Assembly (NCBI GenBank): GCA_038138145.1
Contig: JAYQDD010000002.1
Coordinates: forward strand, 80,681-144,680
Reading direction: 5' to 3'
DNA length: 64,000 nt
Source of the DNA: Formosa sp.
GTDB taxonomy: Bacteria > Bacteroidota > Bacteroidia > Flavobacteriales > Flavobacteriaceae
Below the pieces are notes generated by a model. The model made no database searches. It saw only the letters and a list, made by a program, of their open reading frames with translations, and was not told the DNA's origin. Shown in pieces: positions 49,514-60,077 of this stretch. Position numbers and translations under genes: made by a program. Each line of letters opens with the position of its first letter. The first letter of the stretch is position 1.

Positions 49514-50383
49514 TTAGCCCAAAATTCCTTTAAGATAATCGTAATAATTTCCTTTGAGGTTAGCGATTTGTTGATTTAGTTTTTCAGATGTAATCCATCT
49601 TTTATTTAATGCGATTTCTTCCAGACATGCAACTTTTTGGCCTGTTCTGTTTTCTATAGCTTTGATGAATTCTGTTGCTTCGCCAAGTGCCTCATGGGTT
49701 CCCGTATCTAACCATGCAAAACCACGTTTGAGCACTTCTAATTTTAAGCTTTGCTGATGTAAATAATCCTCATTTACAGATGTTATTTCCAACTCTCCAC
49801 GATCAGAGGGTTTGATTTTTTTGGCGATGTCAACTACAGAGTTTGGATAAAAATACAAACCAACTACGGCATAATTAGATTTTGGTTCTTTGGGCTTTTC
49901 TTCGATGTTAATGACATTATTTTGTTCATCAAAAACAGCTACGCCATAACGTTGTGGATCTTTGACATAACTCCCAAAAACTACCGCTTTTTTTTCATTT
50001 TTGACGGTTTCTACTGCAGAACCTAAAAGATCCTCTAGCCCAGCACCATAAAATATATTATCGCCTAAAATCAAACACACATCATCTGAACCAATGAACG
50101 ATTCTCCAATGATAAATGCTTGAGCTAGTCCGTCTGGTGAGGGTTGCTCTGCGTAAGTAAGCTGAATACCAAAATTGGATCCATCACCCAAAAGATACTT
50201 AAAATTAGGTAAATCATGAGGGGTAGAAATTACCAAAATATCTTTGATCCCAGCACGCATCAATACCGATAATGGATAATAAACCATTGGCTTGTCGTAA
50301 ATAGGCAAAAGTTGTTTGCTCACACTTAACGTAAGTGGGTGAAGTCGTGTACCCGAACCTCCTGCTAAAATAATCCCTTTCAT
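49514..50383 (-). CDS. rfbA: glucose-1-phosphate thymidylyltransferase
   Basis: [19 protein letters not shown]-terminus, 289 aa. Confidence 0.92.
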   Translation of the reverse strand: MKGIILAGGSGTRLHPLTLSVSKQLLPIYDKPMVYYPLSVLMRAGIKDILVISTPHDLPNFKYLLGDGSNFGIQLTYAEQPSPDGLAQAFIIGESFIGSDDVCLILGDNIFYGAGLEDLLGSAVETVKNEKKAVVFGSYVKDPQRYGVAVFDEQNNVINIEEKPKEPKSNYAVVGLYFYPNSVVDIAKKIKPSDRGELEITSVNEDYLHQQSLKLEVLKRGFAWLDTGTHEALGEATEFIKAIENRTGQKVACLEEIALNKRWITSEKLNQQIANLKGNYYDYLKGILG

Positions 50384-50387
50384 TTAT

Positions 50388-51431
50388 TTATTTTTTTTTG
50401 TAGTCATAGTTCTGATATTCTCCAGAGCGCACATGATCCAACCATGTCGCATTATTGAGGTACCAATCTATTGTTTTGGATAATCCTTCTTCGAAAGTGA
50501 CCGAAGGTGTCCAGCCCAAATTATTTTGAATTTTAGAAGCATCAATCGCATAGCGTAAATCATGCCCAGGACGATCTTTTACAAATGTAATAAGGGCCTC
50601 ACTAGTGCCTTGAGTACGCTCCAATTTTTGATCCACTTGTTGGCATAATTCTTTTACCAAATCAATGTTTTTCCATTCATTGAATCCACCTATATTGTAG
50701 GTTTCATGATGCTCTCCTTGATGAAAAACCATATCAATTGCACGTGCATGATCGATAACATACAACCAATCACGAGTGTAATTACCGTCACCATAAACAG
50801 GCAATGGCTTGTGTTCTAAAATATTATTAATAAAAAGAGGAATCAGTTTTTCGGGAAATTGATTGGGCCCATAATTATTGGAACAATTAGAAATTACATA
50901 GGGCAATCCGTAGGTTTCGCCATAGGCACGAACAAAGTGGTCCGAACTTGCTTTGGAAGCAGAATATGGAGAATTTGGATCGTAGGAAGTAGTTTCAAGA
51001 AAAAATCCTTCTTCACCCAAAGTACCATAAACTTCATCTGTACTTACATGATAAAAACGATGTGATGTCCAAGATGACCCCCACAAAGATTTAAACGCAT
51101 TAAGCAAAATCATAGTCCCCAAAATATTGGTTTTGGCAAATGCCAAAGGATCATGAATAGAGCGATCGACATGAGATTCGGCCGCCAAATGAATAACATC
51201 GGTAAACTTATGATGTTCAAAAGACTGGTGTATAAAGGTTTCATCAGTGATGTCTCCTTTGATAAAGGTGTAGTTGGGTTTAGATTCGACATCAGATAAG
51301 TTTTCAAGATTTCCTGCATACGTCAATGCATCCATATTAAAAATATGATAATTAGGGTATTGATTGACAAATAATCGAACGACGTGGGCTCCAATAAATC
51401 CTGCACCACCGGTGATTAATATTTTTTTCAT
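50388..51431 (-). CDS. rfbB: dTDP-glucose 4,6-dehydratase
   Basis: GGAGFIG and YSASKASSD (YxxxK) motifs, 347 aa. Confidence 0.9.
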   Translation of the reverse strand: MKKILITGGAGFIGAHVVRLFVNQYPNYHIFNMDALTYAGNLENLSDVESKPNYTFIKGDITDETFIHQSFEHHKFTDVIHLAAESHVDRSIHDPLAFAKTNILGTMILLNAFKSLWGSSWTSHRFYHVSTDEVYGTLGEEGFFLETTSYDPNSPYSASKASSDHFVRAYGETYGLPYVISNCSNNYGPNQFPEKLIPLFINNILEHKPLPVYGDGNYTRDWLYVIDHARAIDMVFHQGEHHETYNIGGFNEWKNIDLVKELCQQVDQKLERTQGTSEALITFVKDRPGHDLRYAIDASKIQNNLGWTPSVTFEEGLSKTIDWYLNNATWLDHVRSGEYQNYDYKKK

Positions 51432-52450
51432 ATGTAATACGCTTTATACCATTTAACAAAAGCATCAACACCATTTTTTAGAGAGGTACTGGGTTGATAT
51501 CCATAATCTGTTTTCAAATGTTCAACATTAGCCCAAGTTTGATGTACATCTCCTGCTTGAGGTGGTTGCATGCTTCGTTGCGTTTGAATACCTGTAATTG
51601 CTTCAATATTTTCAATAAAATCTAACAATTCTACGGGCTGACTACTCCCAATATTATACAATTTATAGAGCGCTTTATTTTTTGATGTATGCAACAAAGT
51701 ACGCTCTACTCCATCTATGATATCATCAATATAGGTAAAATCACGGACATGATTTCCATAGTTGAAAACATTTATTGATTTTCCTTTTAAGACCGCATCC
51801 GTAAATCGAAACAAAGCCATATCGGGACGCCCCCAAGGGCCATATACTGTAAAAAAGCGTAACCCTGTAGTTTCAATTCCATACAAATGGCTGTAGACAT
51901 GAGCCATAAGTTCATTGGATTTTTTTGTTGCGGCATAAAAACTTAAAGGTTGGTCTGTGGATGCAATTTCTTGAGTAGGAATATCTTCGGAATTGCCATA
52001 AACACTTGAGCTACTGGCATAAACCAGTCTAGTGATACTGTATTCTCGACAACATTCTAAAATATTTAAAAACCCTTTTATATTGGTTTCAATGTAGTCA
52101 TCAGGACGTTTCTCAGATGAGCGTACGCTAACTTGTGCTGCAAGATGACAAACGACATCAAATGTATAGGTTTGAAATATTTTATTTAGGGCCCCTAAAT
52201 CTTCTATCTTGGCACGAATAAATGTGAAGTTTACACGATCTAAAGTACTTTGCGAAGAAATGTTCCATTGGCTAGCATTGGAAGCATCAATCCCTAAAAC
52301 TTTGAGGCGATCATATTTTAAATTAACATCATAAAAATCATTGATATTATCTATTCCAACAACAAAATGTCCCAACTCTGCAAGGCGTTTACATAAGTAA
52401 AATCCTATAAATCCTGCAGCACCTGTTACTAGAATTGTTTTGGTTTTCAT
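51428..52450 (-). CDS. NAD-dependent nucleotide-sugar epimerase (UDP-glucuronate 4-epimerase-like)
   Basis: GAAGFIG and YAATKKSNE motifs, 340 aa. Sits immediately downstream of ugd with a 4-nt overlap to rfbB. Confidence 0.8.
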   Translation of the reverse strand: MKTKTILVTGAAGFIGFYLCKRLAELGHFVVGIDNINDFYDVNLKYDRLKVLGIDASNASQWNISSQSTLDRVNFTFIRAKIEDLGALNKIFQTYTFDVVCHLAAQVSVRSSEKRPDDYIETNIKGFLNILECCREYSITRLVYASSSSVYGNSEDIPTQEIASTDQPLSFYAATKKSNELMAHVYSHLYGIETTGLRFFTVYGPWGRPDMALFRFTDAVLKGKSINVFNYGNHVRDFTYIDDIIDGVERTLLHTSKNKALYKLYNIGSSQPVELLDFIENIEAITGIQTQRSMQPPQAGDVHQTWANVEHLKTDYGYQPSTSLKNGVDAFVKWYKAYYI

Positions 52451-52461
52451 TTTGTATAAAA

Positions 52462-53853
52462 TTATTGCCCTATACCTCTGTAAAGAAACCCTATGGATTC
52501 TAACGCTGATCGATTTAATAAATTGCGACCATCAAAAATAAATGCGGGTTTACTCATATTGTCATATATTTTTCGCCAATCATAGGTTTTGAATTCGTCC
52601 CATTCCGTAATGATGGCCAAAGCATGCGCACCAGCAACAGCGTCATAGGGATCACTATGCGTTGTTAAGTATTTTGCATTTTCAGGTTCAGATCTTGAAT
52701 TCAAATAATTCAAATCTGATTGCATTTGCAATGCTGTAACTTTGGGATCGTAAACCTGAATTTGAGCATGCTCTTCTATGAGTTTATCGGCAATATAAAT
52801 GGCCGCCGATTCGCGCGTGTCATTCGTATTCTTCTTAAAAGCCCAACCAAAAAATACAATCTTTTTGTCAGCAACAGTACCATAAAGTGCTTTCACAATT
52901 TGGTTTGCAAAGCGCGTTCTTTGATGATTATTCATGATGACAACCTGTTCCCAATAATCTGCCGCTTGGTTCAATCCCAAAGATTTACAGATATAAACAA
53001 GATTAAGAATATCTTTTTGAAAACAAGAACCGCCAAATCCTACCGATGCGTTTAGAAATTTAGAACCAATTCTGGAATCGGTTCCAATGGCGTTGGCGAC
53101 TTCGGTAATGTTTGCGCCTGTTGCTTCGCACAATTCTGTTAGCGCATTTATTGAAGATACGCGTTGCGCTAAAAATGCATTGGCCGTGAGTTTGGACAAT
53201 TCGGAGGACCATAAATTGGTTTTGATGATTTTATCTTTAGGAACCCAGGACGCATAAATTGTTGTCAAAGCATCAATAGCCTCTTGACCTGTTTTTGTTG
53301 GTTCTCCACCAATAAGAACACGGTCTGGCGCTTCAAGATCTTGGATTGCTGTTCCTTCTGCTAGAAATTCAGGGTTGGATAAAATTTCGAAATGAATGCC
53401 GTTTCCAGTATTATCCAAAATATCTTTTATGGCTTCTGCTGTTTTTACAGGAAGCGTAGATTTTTCTACAACAATTTTGTCAGATTTTGAAACTTTAGCG
53501 ATTTGGCGTGCGCACAGCTCTACATATTGCAAGTCTGCCGCCATACCTTTACCGGCGCCATAAGTTTTGGTAGGGGTGTTGACTGAAATAAAAATCATTT
53601 CTGCCTCATCAATGGCTTTATCAACTTCTGTAGAAAAAAATAGATTTTGGCCGCGAGCTTCGCCAACTACTTTGTCCAAACCAGGTTCAAAAATTGGTAG
53701 CTGAGCTAAATCCTCACAATTCCACGCAGCAATTCGATCTGCATTAACATCGACAACAGTGACCTTTATGTGGGGATTTTTGTGCGCAATGACAGACATC
53801 GTTGGTCCACCCACATAACCTGCACCTATGCAACAAATTGATTTAATATTCAT
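52462..53853 (-). CDS. ugd: UDP-glucose 6-dehydrogenase (long, eukaryote-like form)
   Basis: 463 aa with [11 protein letters not shown] and [10 protein letters not shown] (catalytic Cys) motifs. Confidence 0.92.
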   Translation of the reverse strand: MNIKSICCIGAGYVGGPTMSVIAHKNPHIKVTVVDVNADRIAAWNCEDLAQLPIFEPGLDKVVGEARGQNLFFSTEVDKAIDEAEMIFISVNTPTKTYGAGKGMAADLQYVELCARQIAKVSKSDKIVVEKSTLPVKTAEAIKDILDNTGNGIHFEILSNPEFLAEGTAIQDLEAPDRVLIGGEPTKTGQEAIDALTTIYASWVPKDKIIKTNLWSSELSKLTANAFLAQRVSSINALTELCEATGANITEVANAIGTDSRIGSKFLNASVGFGGSCFQKDILNLVYICKSLGLNQAADYWEQVVIMNNHQRTRFANQIVKALYGTVADKKIVFFGWAFKKNTNDTRESAAIYIADKLIEEHAQIQVYDPKVTALQMQSDLNYLNSRSEPENAKYLTTHSDPYDAVAGAHALAIITEWDEFKTYDWRKIYDNMSKPAFIFDGRNLLNRSALESIGFLYRGIGQ

Positions 53854-53977
53854 TCTATCAATAGAAAATTTAATTCTCTGAAAAGTGAAACGTTAATAAG
53901 CACTGCAAGATATATTTTTGATAAGACTCCACAAAATTATAACCTATAAATCAAGAAAGCGTTGATTTTATGGATGA

Positions 53978-54003
53978 TAAAAAATCAAGCTTAGTAAAGC
54001 TTG
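53978..54003 (-). terminator. hairpin plus U-run (minus-strand terminator upstream of ugd)
   Basis: Stem caagctt (53986-53992) / aagcttg (53997-54003) with loop agta. A T-run follows on the minus strand (the A-run at 53979-53984 on plus). Confidence 0.55.
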
Positions 54004-54013
54004 CTTTTGATGT

Positions 54014-54034
54014 ATTTGTGACTGCGAAAGGAGT
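54014..54034 (-). repeat. partial copy (19/21 nt) of the tRNA-Arg 3' end plus flank
   Basis: atttgtgactgcgaaaggagt here versus attcgtgactgcgacaggagt at 54126-54146. Confidence 0.75.
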
Positions 54035-54078
54035 AGCTGCGCTGATCCTTAGCACTCCGTGCTGAAAATAGTCCAAAC

Positions 54079-54110
54079 AAAAAAACGCTCAAGCAAGCTT
54101 GGCGTTTTTC
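54079..54110 (-). terminator. bidirectional-type terminator downstream of tRNA-Arg
   Basis: Outer stem acgc / gcgt enclosing caag / cttg, flanked by an A7 run and a T5 run. Confidence 0.6.
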
Positions 54111-54125
54111 CTTATTGTACAATTT

Positions 54126-54146
54126 ATTCGTGACTGCGACAGGAGT
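54126..54146 (-). repeat. tRNA-Arg 3' end copy of the 21-nt direct repeat
   Basis: Covers the 3' acceptor and part of the T-arm of the tRNA, plus 5 nt of flank. Pairs with 54014-54034. Confidence 0.75.
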
Positions 54147-54204
54147 CGAACCTACAACCGCTGGAGCCGAAATCCAGTGCTCTATCCAATTGAGCTACGC
54201 AGCC
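54131..54204 (-). tRNA. tRNA-Arg (anticodon TCG), 74 nt, no encoded CCA
   Basis: Manual fold of the revcomp: GGCTGCG-TA-GCTC-AATTGGATA-GAGC-A-CTGGA-TTTCGGC-TCCAG-CGGTT-GTAGG-TTCGACT-CCTGT-CGCAGTC-A. The cloverleaf is complete, with U33 and G37 flanking TCG. The T-stem has two G-U pairs. Confidence 0.8.
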
Positions 54205-54210
54205 ATTTTA

Positions 54211-54663
54211 TTAGGATAATAAATGTTTTTTCACAAGTGTTGAAATGGTTTTTCCATCTGTTTTCCCAGCTAATTCTTTACTGACTACCCCCATGACTTT
54301 ACCCATATCCTTCATACTCGTTGCCCCTAGTTTTGTAATGGCATCTACCACATGTTGTTCTACCTCGGCTTCTGATAACATTTCAGGCAAAAACTGACTG
54401 ATGACTTCTACTTCAGCTAATTCTGGTTCAGCTAAATCTTGACGGTTTTGCGCTGTAAAAATTGAAGCGCTGTCACGGCGTTGTTTAACTAATTTTTGAA
54501 GAAGTTTTACTTCATCAGCTTCACTCATACTGCCTTTCGAACCACTTTCGGTTTGTGCAAGGAGGATGGCGGATTTAATAGATCTAAGGGCTGTTAGTGC
54601 TACACTATCCTTGGATTTCATAGCAGCTTTCATGGCGGTCATTAGGTTGTCTTGTAAACTCAT
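54211..54663 (-). CDS. GatB/YqeY domain-containing protein
   Basis: 150 aa with LKEAMKAKD-like MKAAMKSKD, RRDSASIF and EVISQFLP patterns. Confidence 0.85.
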   Translation of the reverse strand: MSLQDNLMTAMKAAMKSKDSVALTALRSIKSAILLAQTESGSKGSMSEADEVKLLQKLVKQRRDSASIFTAQNRQDLAEPELAEVEVISQFLPEMLSEAEVEQHVVDAITKLGATSMKDMGKVMGVVSKELAGKTDGKTISTLVKKHLLS

Positions 54664-54721
54664 CTCAAAAAAAAATTAGGACTACGAATATAAGTAAATA
54701 TGATTAGTACATCAACAAAAA

Positions 54722-54750
54722 AAACCTGAACATACGTTCATGTTTTTATG
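54722..54750 (-). terminator. weak hairpin plus U8 after ftsZ
   Basis: Stem tgaac (54727-54731) / gttca (54736-54740). On the minus strand it is followed by T8 (the A-run at 54714-54724 on plus). Confidence 0.45.
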
Positions 54751-54767
54751 CGGTTAGTATATTGGAT

Positions 54768-56687
54768 TTAATCTACATTATCATGCAAAAAAGAGTTGTT
54801 GGTCCGTACTTGAACATCTTCGTTATCATCTAAAGCAACTGACGATCTTGATGCCACATTTTCTAAAGATGAAGTGTCACTCAATTCTATACCTTTTCGT
54901 TTGTAAGCCGGTTCTTTTTCAAATTCATCCACCTTTGAGGAATTGAATTTGTAATTAAACGCTTTCATTTTCTTACGGCGTTCATCGGCACGGTCACGTA
55001 AGGTTTTAGAAATCGGATTGTTGAATGGATCTTCATCTTCTACAGGTGCTTTAGTCACTTGTCGTTCTTTTACAGTAACTTTTGAAAAGACCAATTCTGT
55101 ATCAACCTGAGGTTCTGGTATATTGGCTTGTTTCGAAGCATCATATTCCTGATTTGTGTTCTCCAAGATGATATGATCATCAAGCGTATAACGTTGCTCC
55201 TCTTCTGAGCTTGATTCGTTTACGGCTACCAATTCTATGTAGTCATCCACTTCAATTTCGTTGATATTATCTTGAAGTTCAAAAATTTCAACATCATCAT
55301 TTCTTTCTGATGAAGAAGATGGTTGAAGCGGTAAATCAAAAGTAAGCATCGTTTGCTCTTCTGGTTCAATTTCTGCATCTTGATTTGTTTCATTTTTCAC
55401 TTCATTGATGATGAATTCTTCTTCTGAAATTTCAGCAACTACTTCTTCATAAACAACATCCATAGACTTTATAAGTTCTGTGGTTGGAATCAAATCCATG
55501 AGCTGCTCTTCTGCGGCTTCTAAATTGTGTATATCTGAATCGTCTTCTAATGAATGTACAATGGTCGCTTCACTTACAGCCGAATTGCGCTCATCGCCCA
55601 ATGTCTGAACAGTTTTGGGTGGAGTCAGGTCGTGTTCCATTGTTTGATCATCTTCCAAAGCATGAACCACTTTTTTGGGCTCAACGTTTGTAATGTCGTT
55701 CTGCTGATCGACATCAAAACCTGTAGCGATAACAGTTACAGAAATTGCTTCACCTAGTTTTTCGTCCTCACCAACGCCCATAATGATGTTGGCACCATAG
55801 CCAGCTTCTGCTTGAATATGATCGTTTATTTCTCCAATTTCGTCAATGGTAATTTCTTGATTTCCAGAGACAATCAATAGAAGAACATTTTTGGCACCAG
55901 TTATTTTATTGTCATTCAATAAGGGTGAGTCTAGTGCCGTTGTGATTGCTTTTTTAGCGCGACTTTCTCCTACAGCAGTAGAAGCTCCCATGATGGCTGT
56001 TCCGCTATTGCTAAGCACTGTTTTTGCATCGCGCAAATCAATATTTTGTGTATAGTGGTGTGTGATGACTTCGGCAATTCCACGAGCAGCTGTGGAAAGC
56101 ACTTCATCTGCTTTTGAGAACCCTGCTTTGAAACCAAGGTTGCCATATACTTCGCGAAGTTTATTGTTATTGATGATCACCAACGAATCAACAACTTTTC
56201 TTAATTTTTCAATGCCTTTATGCGCTTGAGTATTTCTGATTTTTCCTTCAAATTGAAATGGCATCGTCACAATACCAACAGTAAGGATATCGAGTTCTTT
56301 GGCCATTTTTGCAATAATTGGCGCAGCACCAGTCCCAGTTCCACCACCCATACCAGCGGTAATGAACACCATTTTTGTATTGGTGTCCAACATGGTTCGA
56401 ATGTCTTCTAAACTTTCAACAGCTGCTTTTTCACCAATGTCAGGGTTTGCACCAGCACCCAAGCCTTCTGTGATGTGAAGACCAAGTTGAATTTTGTTGG
56501 GCACACCGCTACTGTTTAGGGCTTGTGCATCGGTGTTGCAAATCACAAAATCTACACCTTTTATGCCTTGTTTAAACATATGGTTGATGGCATTGCTACC
56601 ACCACCACCTACACCAATGACTTTGATGACGTTTGATTGATTTTTTGGTAAATCAAATGTGATTCCGAGTTCGTTGTTACTGCTCAT
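54768..56687 (-). CDS. ftsZ: cell division protein FtsZ (long acidic linker)
   Basis: GVGGGGSNAI and GGGTGTGAAPIIA tubulin motifs. Start set at ATG 56687 (MSSNNELGITF), downstream of the ftsA stop. Confidence 0.95.
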   Translation of the reverse strand: MSSNNELGITFDLPKNQSNVIKVIGVGGGGSNAINHMFKQGIKGVDFVICNTDAQALNSSGVPNKIQLGLHITEGLGAGANPDIGEKAAVESLEDIRTMLDTNTKMVFITAGMGGGTGTGAAPIIAKMAKELDILTVGIVTMPFQFEGKIRNTQAHKGIEKLRKVVDSLVIINNNKLREVYGNLGFKAGFSKADEVLSTAARGIAEVITHHYTQNIDLRDAKTVLSNSGTAIMGASTAVGESRAKKAITTALDSPLLNDNKITGAKNVLLLIVSGNQEITIDEIGEINDHIQAEAGYGANIIMGVGEDEKLGEAISVTVIATGFDVDQQNDITNVEPKKVVHALEDDQTMEHDLTPPKTVQTLGDERNSAVSEATIVHSLEDDSDIHNLEAAEEQLMDLIPTTELIKSMDVVYEEVVAEISEEEFIINEVKNETNQDAEIEPEEQTMLTFDLPLQPSSSSERNDDVEIFELQDNINEIEVDDYIELVAVNESSSEEEQRYTLDDHIILENTNQEYDASKQANIPEPQVDTELVFSKVTVKERQVTKAPVEDEDPFNNPISKTLRDRADERRKKMKAFNYKFNSSKVDEFEKEPAYKRKGIELSDTSSLENVASRSSVALDDNEDVQVRTNNSFLHDNVD

Positions 56688-56709
56688 AAATTTATTTTTT
56701 TGTTGTTGG

Positions 56710-58011
56710 TTATTCTGCATTTTCTAAAAAATCCTTTACTCGTTCGGTTAATTTCTCCAAAAATCCTTTGGAACGAACTGGGGGTTTTTCGACTGTTGGC
56801 TCTGGGGTTTCTTCATCCTGCGAAACTTCATCAATAGTGGTTTGCTTTTCTTGACGCTCCAAACCATCCAATACCAATCCTACTGCCGTGGCATACAATG
56901 GACTGGTGATGTCGCCGTCGCTATCACCTGCCAAATGTTCGTTTGGATAGCCCACACGCGTATCCATTCCGGTGATGTATTCTACAAGTTGTTTTAAGTG
57001 ATTCAATTGACTTCCACCACCTGTTAGGACAATCCCTGCAATGAGTTTTTTCTTTTGCTCTTCATGACCGTAATTTTTAATTTCTACATAAACCTGTTCT
57101 ATAATTTCTACCACACGAGCATGGATTATTTTTGATAAGTTTTTCAATGAAATTTCCTTTGGGTCTCGCCCTCTCAACCCTGGAATAGAAACAATTTCAT
57201 TGTCTTTGTTCTCACCTGGCCAAGCGGACCCAAATTTAATTTTCAATAATTCTGCTTGTTTTTCAATAATGGAACACCCTTCTTTGATGTCCTCAGTAAT
57301 GACATTTCCGCCAAAAGGAATTACCGCAGTATGGCGAATAATTCCGTCTTTAAATACGGCCAAATCGGTAGTTCCGCCACCAATATCAATAAGCGCAACA
57401 CCAGCTTCTTTTTCCTCTTGACTCAATACGGCTTTGGCTGAAGCCAGAGGTTCTAAAGTAATCCCTTCCAAACTTAACCCTGCGGTTTGTATACAACGAC
57501 CTATGTTTCGAATAGACGAAACCTGGCCCACAACAACATGAAAGTTGGCCTCCAAACGTTCGCCATACATTCCAATTGGTTCTTTTATCTCTGCCTGACC
57601 ATCGACTTTAAAATCCTGTGGTAAAACATGAATGATTTCTTCACCCGGCAACATGACAAGTTTATGCACTTGATTTATGAGTCGGTCTATATCGTCTTCA
57701 TTAATGACTTGTTCTGCATTGGATCTGGTGATGTAATCGCTGTGTTGTAGACTTCTTATGTGTTGCCCAGCTATACCAACCGTTACACCATCAATTTTGA
57801 TATCGGATGTTGCTTCGGCTTCTACTACGGCATTTTGAATAGACTGAATGGTTTGCGTGATGTTGTTTACCACACCACGGTGTACGCCCATACTTTTTGA
57901 TTTCCCTACGCCAATTGTTTCCAATTTACCGTACTGGTTTTTTTGGCCAATCATCGCAACGATTTTTGTAGTTCCAATATCCAAACCTACTGCAATATTT
58001 TGAGTCTCCAT
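56710..58011 (-). CDS. ftsA: cell division protein FtsA
   Basis: Actin-fold motifs VGLDIGTTKIV and IDIGGGTTDLAVF. Start at ATG 58011 (METQNIAV). Confidence 0.95.
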   Translation of the reverse strand: METQNIAVGLDIGTTKIVAMIGQKNQYGKLETIGVGKSKSMGVHRGVVNNITQTIQSIQNAVVEAEATSDIKIDGVTVGIAGQHIRSLQHSDYITRSNAEQVINEDDIDRLINQVHKLVMLPGEEIIHVLPQDFKVDGQAEIKEPIGMYGERLEANFHVVVGQVSSIRNIGRCIQTAGLSLEGITLEPLASAKAVLSQEEKEAGVALIDIGGGTTDLAVFKDGIIRHTAVIPFGGNVITEDIKEGCSIIEKQAELLKIKFGSAWPGENKDNEIVSIPGLRGRDPKEISLKNLSKIIHARVVEIIEQVYVEIKNYGHEEQKKKLIAGIVLTGGGSQLNHLKQLVEYITGMDTRVGYPNEHLAGDSDGDITSPLYATAVGLVLDGLERQEKQTTIDEVSQDEETPEPTVEKPPVRSKGFLEKLTERVKDFLENAE

Positions 58012-58015
58012 AGAA

Positions 58016-58735
58016 TTATAATTTTGTACAAACAACCTGTTGGTCGAATTGTAAATTCACTGTTTTATATGTTTGAAGCAGCTTATCATTTTTTGCTTTT
58101 TGATAAAATGCTTTTAAATTATTCATTTTTTTATTCAAATTTTCTAAAGTTCCCACAACAACTTCAAAATCGTATGTACGCAAGAACAATGAAAATTGTT
58201 GCTGCTCGTCAATGATGATTTCTGTAACATATAGCTTTAAAAAATCGTCATTAGTTATATACTCCAACAATTGATGTACAGCTTGTAGATTGGTTGTATC
58301 TACATGGCCATGAACCACTACCACACGTGCACTGTACTCAGATGAGAGGGGCATCATTTCTCCTTGGCTATCAATGTAAAATGAGGGCTCAGATATCACT
58401 CTTGCAAGAGGTGTTCGTTGTTTTACTTCTACACTAACTTCCCCATTTACAGTAAGATACACCTCTGCGTTTTCTATCATCGGATGAGATGATATTTTGG
58501 CCTCCAGTACATTCAAATCTAAAATATCTTTGGGCATACATTCCACAGCTTGCTGATTTTGTATTAACAATTTATTAACCATGTCTTTACTGATTAATAA
58601 GTGGTCTTTCCCAACAAATTCTACATGGGTATTTAGGATTGGTAAATGCTTGTTTCGTTTGGATGAAAACGCAAAAAGGAACACCACCAAAATGAGCAAT
58701 AAAAAAGCGTTCACTATATTTTTATATCTACGCAT
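58016..58735 (-). CDS. ftsQ: cell division protein FtsQ (POTRA domain)
   Basis: 239 aa with an N-terminal TM helix. Sits between murC and ftsA. Confidence 0.8.
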   Translation of the reverse strand: MRRYKNIVNAFLLLILVVFLFAFSSKRNKHLPILNTHVEFVGKDHLLISKDMVNKLLIQNQQAVECMPKDILDLNVLEAKISSHPMIENAEVYLTVNGEVSVEVKQRTPLARVISEPSFYIDSQGEMMPLSSEYSARVVVVHGHVDTTNLQAVHQLLEYITNDDFLKLYVTEIIIDEQQQFSLFLRTYDFEVVVGTLENLNKKMNNLKAFYQKAKNDKLLQTYKTVNLQFDQQVVCTKL

Positions 58736-60077
58736 GTTCTAATTGTTTTGAAAGTGGTTCTACAAGTGCACCAATATCCCCTGCGCCCATGGTCACTAGG
58801 ACAGGGTAGTCGATTGATTCTACAGCTTCAAATAATTTTACTTTAGGTACTAATTTTTTTATTGGGGCTGTTATTTTTTCAAGCAACCATGAAGAATTCA
58901 CGCCAGAAATAGGTAGCTCTCGGGCGGGGTATATTTCCAACAATAAAACAGCATCAAAAACAGAAAGTGAATGTGCGAAATCATCTGCAAAATCCTGAGT
59001 TCTACTGAACAGGTGTGGCTGAAATACGGCTGTAATTTTTTTATTGGGGTGCATTTCTAAAATCGCTTGATGAACGGCATCAATCTCTTTTGGGTGGTGC
59101 GCATAATCATCAATAAAAACAAAAGAATCATTTTTTGTTTTGTATGAAAAACGTCTTTTCACTCCTCTGTAGGAATCCAATCCAGAGCATAATTTTTGTA
59201 CATTACACCCATACTCGATGGCCATTGCAAGAGCAGCCACCGCATTGCTTAAGTTATGTTTTCCAGGTAAATGAAATTTAAACTCTTTATACAAACCCAA
59301 TGGTGTTTTTAAATCAAAACAATAGGCACCGTTGATGATACGAACATTGGTTGCGCTGTAATCTGTATTTGATTCGACGCCATAAGCAATTCCTTCTAAG
59401 CCAAGTGCTTCATGCACAAAAAGTTTACCATTAGGTGCAATATTTTTTGAAAAATCTAAAAAGGACTGCTTTAAACTTTCCTTGTCGCCGTAGACATCCA
59501 AATGATCTGCATCCATGGAAGTGATGCAAGCAAAATTTGGTGAAAGTGTCATGAATGAACGATCAAATTCATCGGCTTCTACTACAGTAGTTTCGCTGCC
59601 GTTTTGAATCAAATTTGAATTATAATTTTCTGATATCCCTCCTAAAAATGCGGTCATATTTTGGTCTGCTTCCATCATCAAATGACCCAAAATACTAGTG
59701 GTTGTGGTTTTACCATGCGTTCCAGCGATGGCCAAACAAAATGTATCTTTTGTAATTATTCCCAAAACCTCTGAACGTTTTAAAACGGTAAAATTTTGCG
59801 CATTAAAATAGGTCAAAATTGAATTGGTTTGCGGAACTGCAGGGGTATAGACCACCAGAGTCGTCGTGTTGTCCAAGAACATAGAATCAACAACTTGAAT
59901 ATCATCTATAAAAGAAACCTTAATTCCAATATTTTCTAGCGCTTTAGTATTATCATTCGGCGTTTTATCATAACCCGAAACAGACTTGTGTGTTGCATGA
60001 AAATAGCGCGCCAATGCACTCATACCGATACCTCCAATACCTACAAAATATATGTTATGGAAGGAGTTTAAATTCAT
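58728..60077 (-). CDS. murC: UDP-N-acetylmuramate--L-alanine ligase
   Basis: [11 protein letters not shown] and [10 protein letters not shown] motifs, 449 aa. Confidence 0.95.
   Translation of the reverse strand: MNLNSFHNIYFVGIGGIGMSALARYFHATHKSVSGYDKTPNDNTKALENIGIKVSFIDDIQVVDSMFLDNTTTLVVYTPAVPQTNSILTYFNAQNFTVLKRSEVLGIITKDTFCLAIAGTHGKTTTTSILGHLMMEADQNMTAFLGGISENYNSNLIQNGSETTVVEADEFDRSFMTLSPNFACITSMDADHLDVYGDKESLKQSFLDFSKNIAPNGKLFVHEALGLEGIAYGVESNTDYSATNVRIINGAYCFDLKTPLGLYKEFKFHLPGKHNLSNAVAALAMAIEYGCNVQKLCSGLDSYRGVKRRFSYKTKNDSFVFIDDYAHHPKEIDAVHQAILEMHPNKKITAVFQPHLFSRTQDFADDFAHSLSVFDAVLLLEIYPARELPISGVNSSWLLEKITAPIKKLVPKVKLFEAVESIDYPVLVTMGAGDIGALVEPLSKQLEHA

Noticed and set aside
49514-53853. 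The rfbA, rfbB, epimerase and ugd block next to a tRNA, considered as a possible polysaccharide or O-antigen island.
   Set aside because: It contains only nucleotide-sugar precursor enzymes. There are no glycosyltransferases, flippase, polymerase, Wza/Wzc or mobility genes in the window. I treat it as a housekeeping precursor module, and the tRNA-linked repeat is reported separately.
54768-55750. The very long, acidic and low-complexity C-terminal half of FtsZ (650 aa in total).
   Set aside because: Long disordered linkers before the conserved C-terminal peptide are, to my knowledge, normal for Flavobacteriia FtsZ. I see no sign of a fused extra domain.
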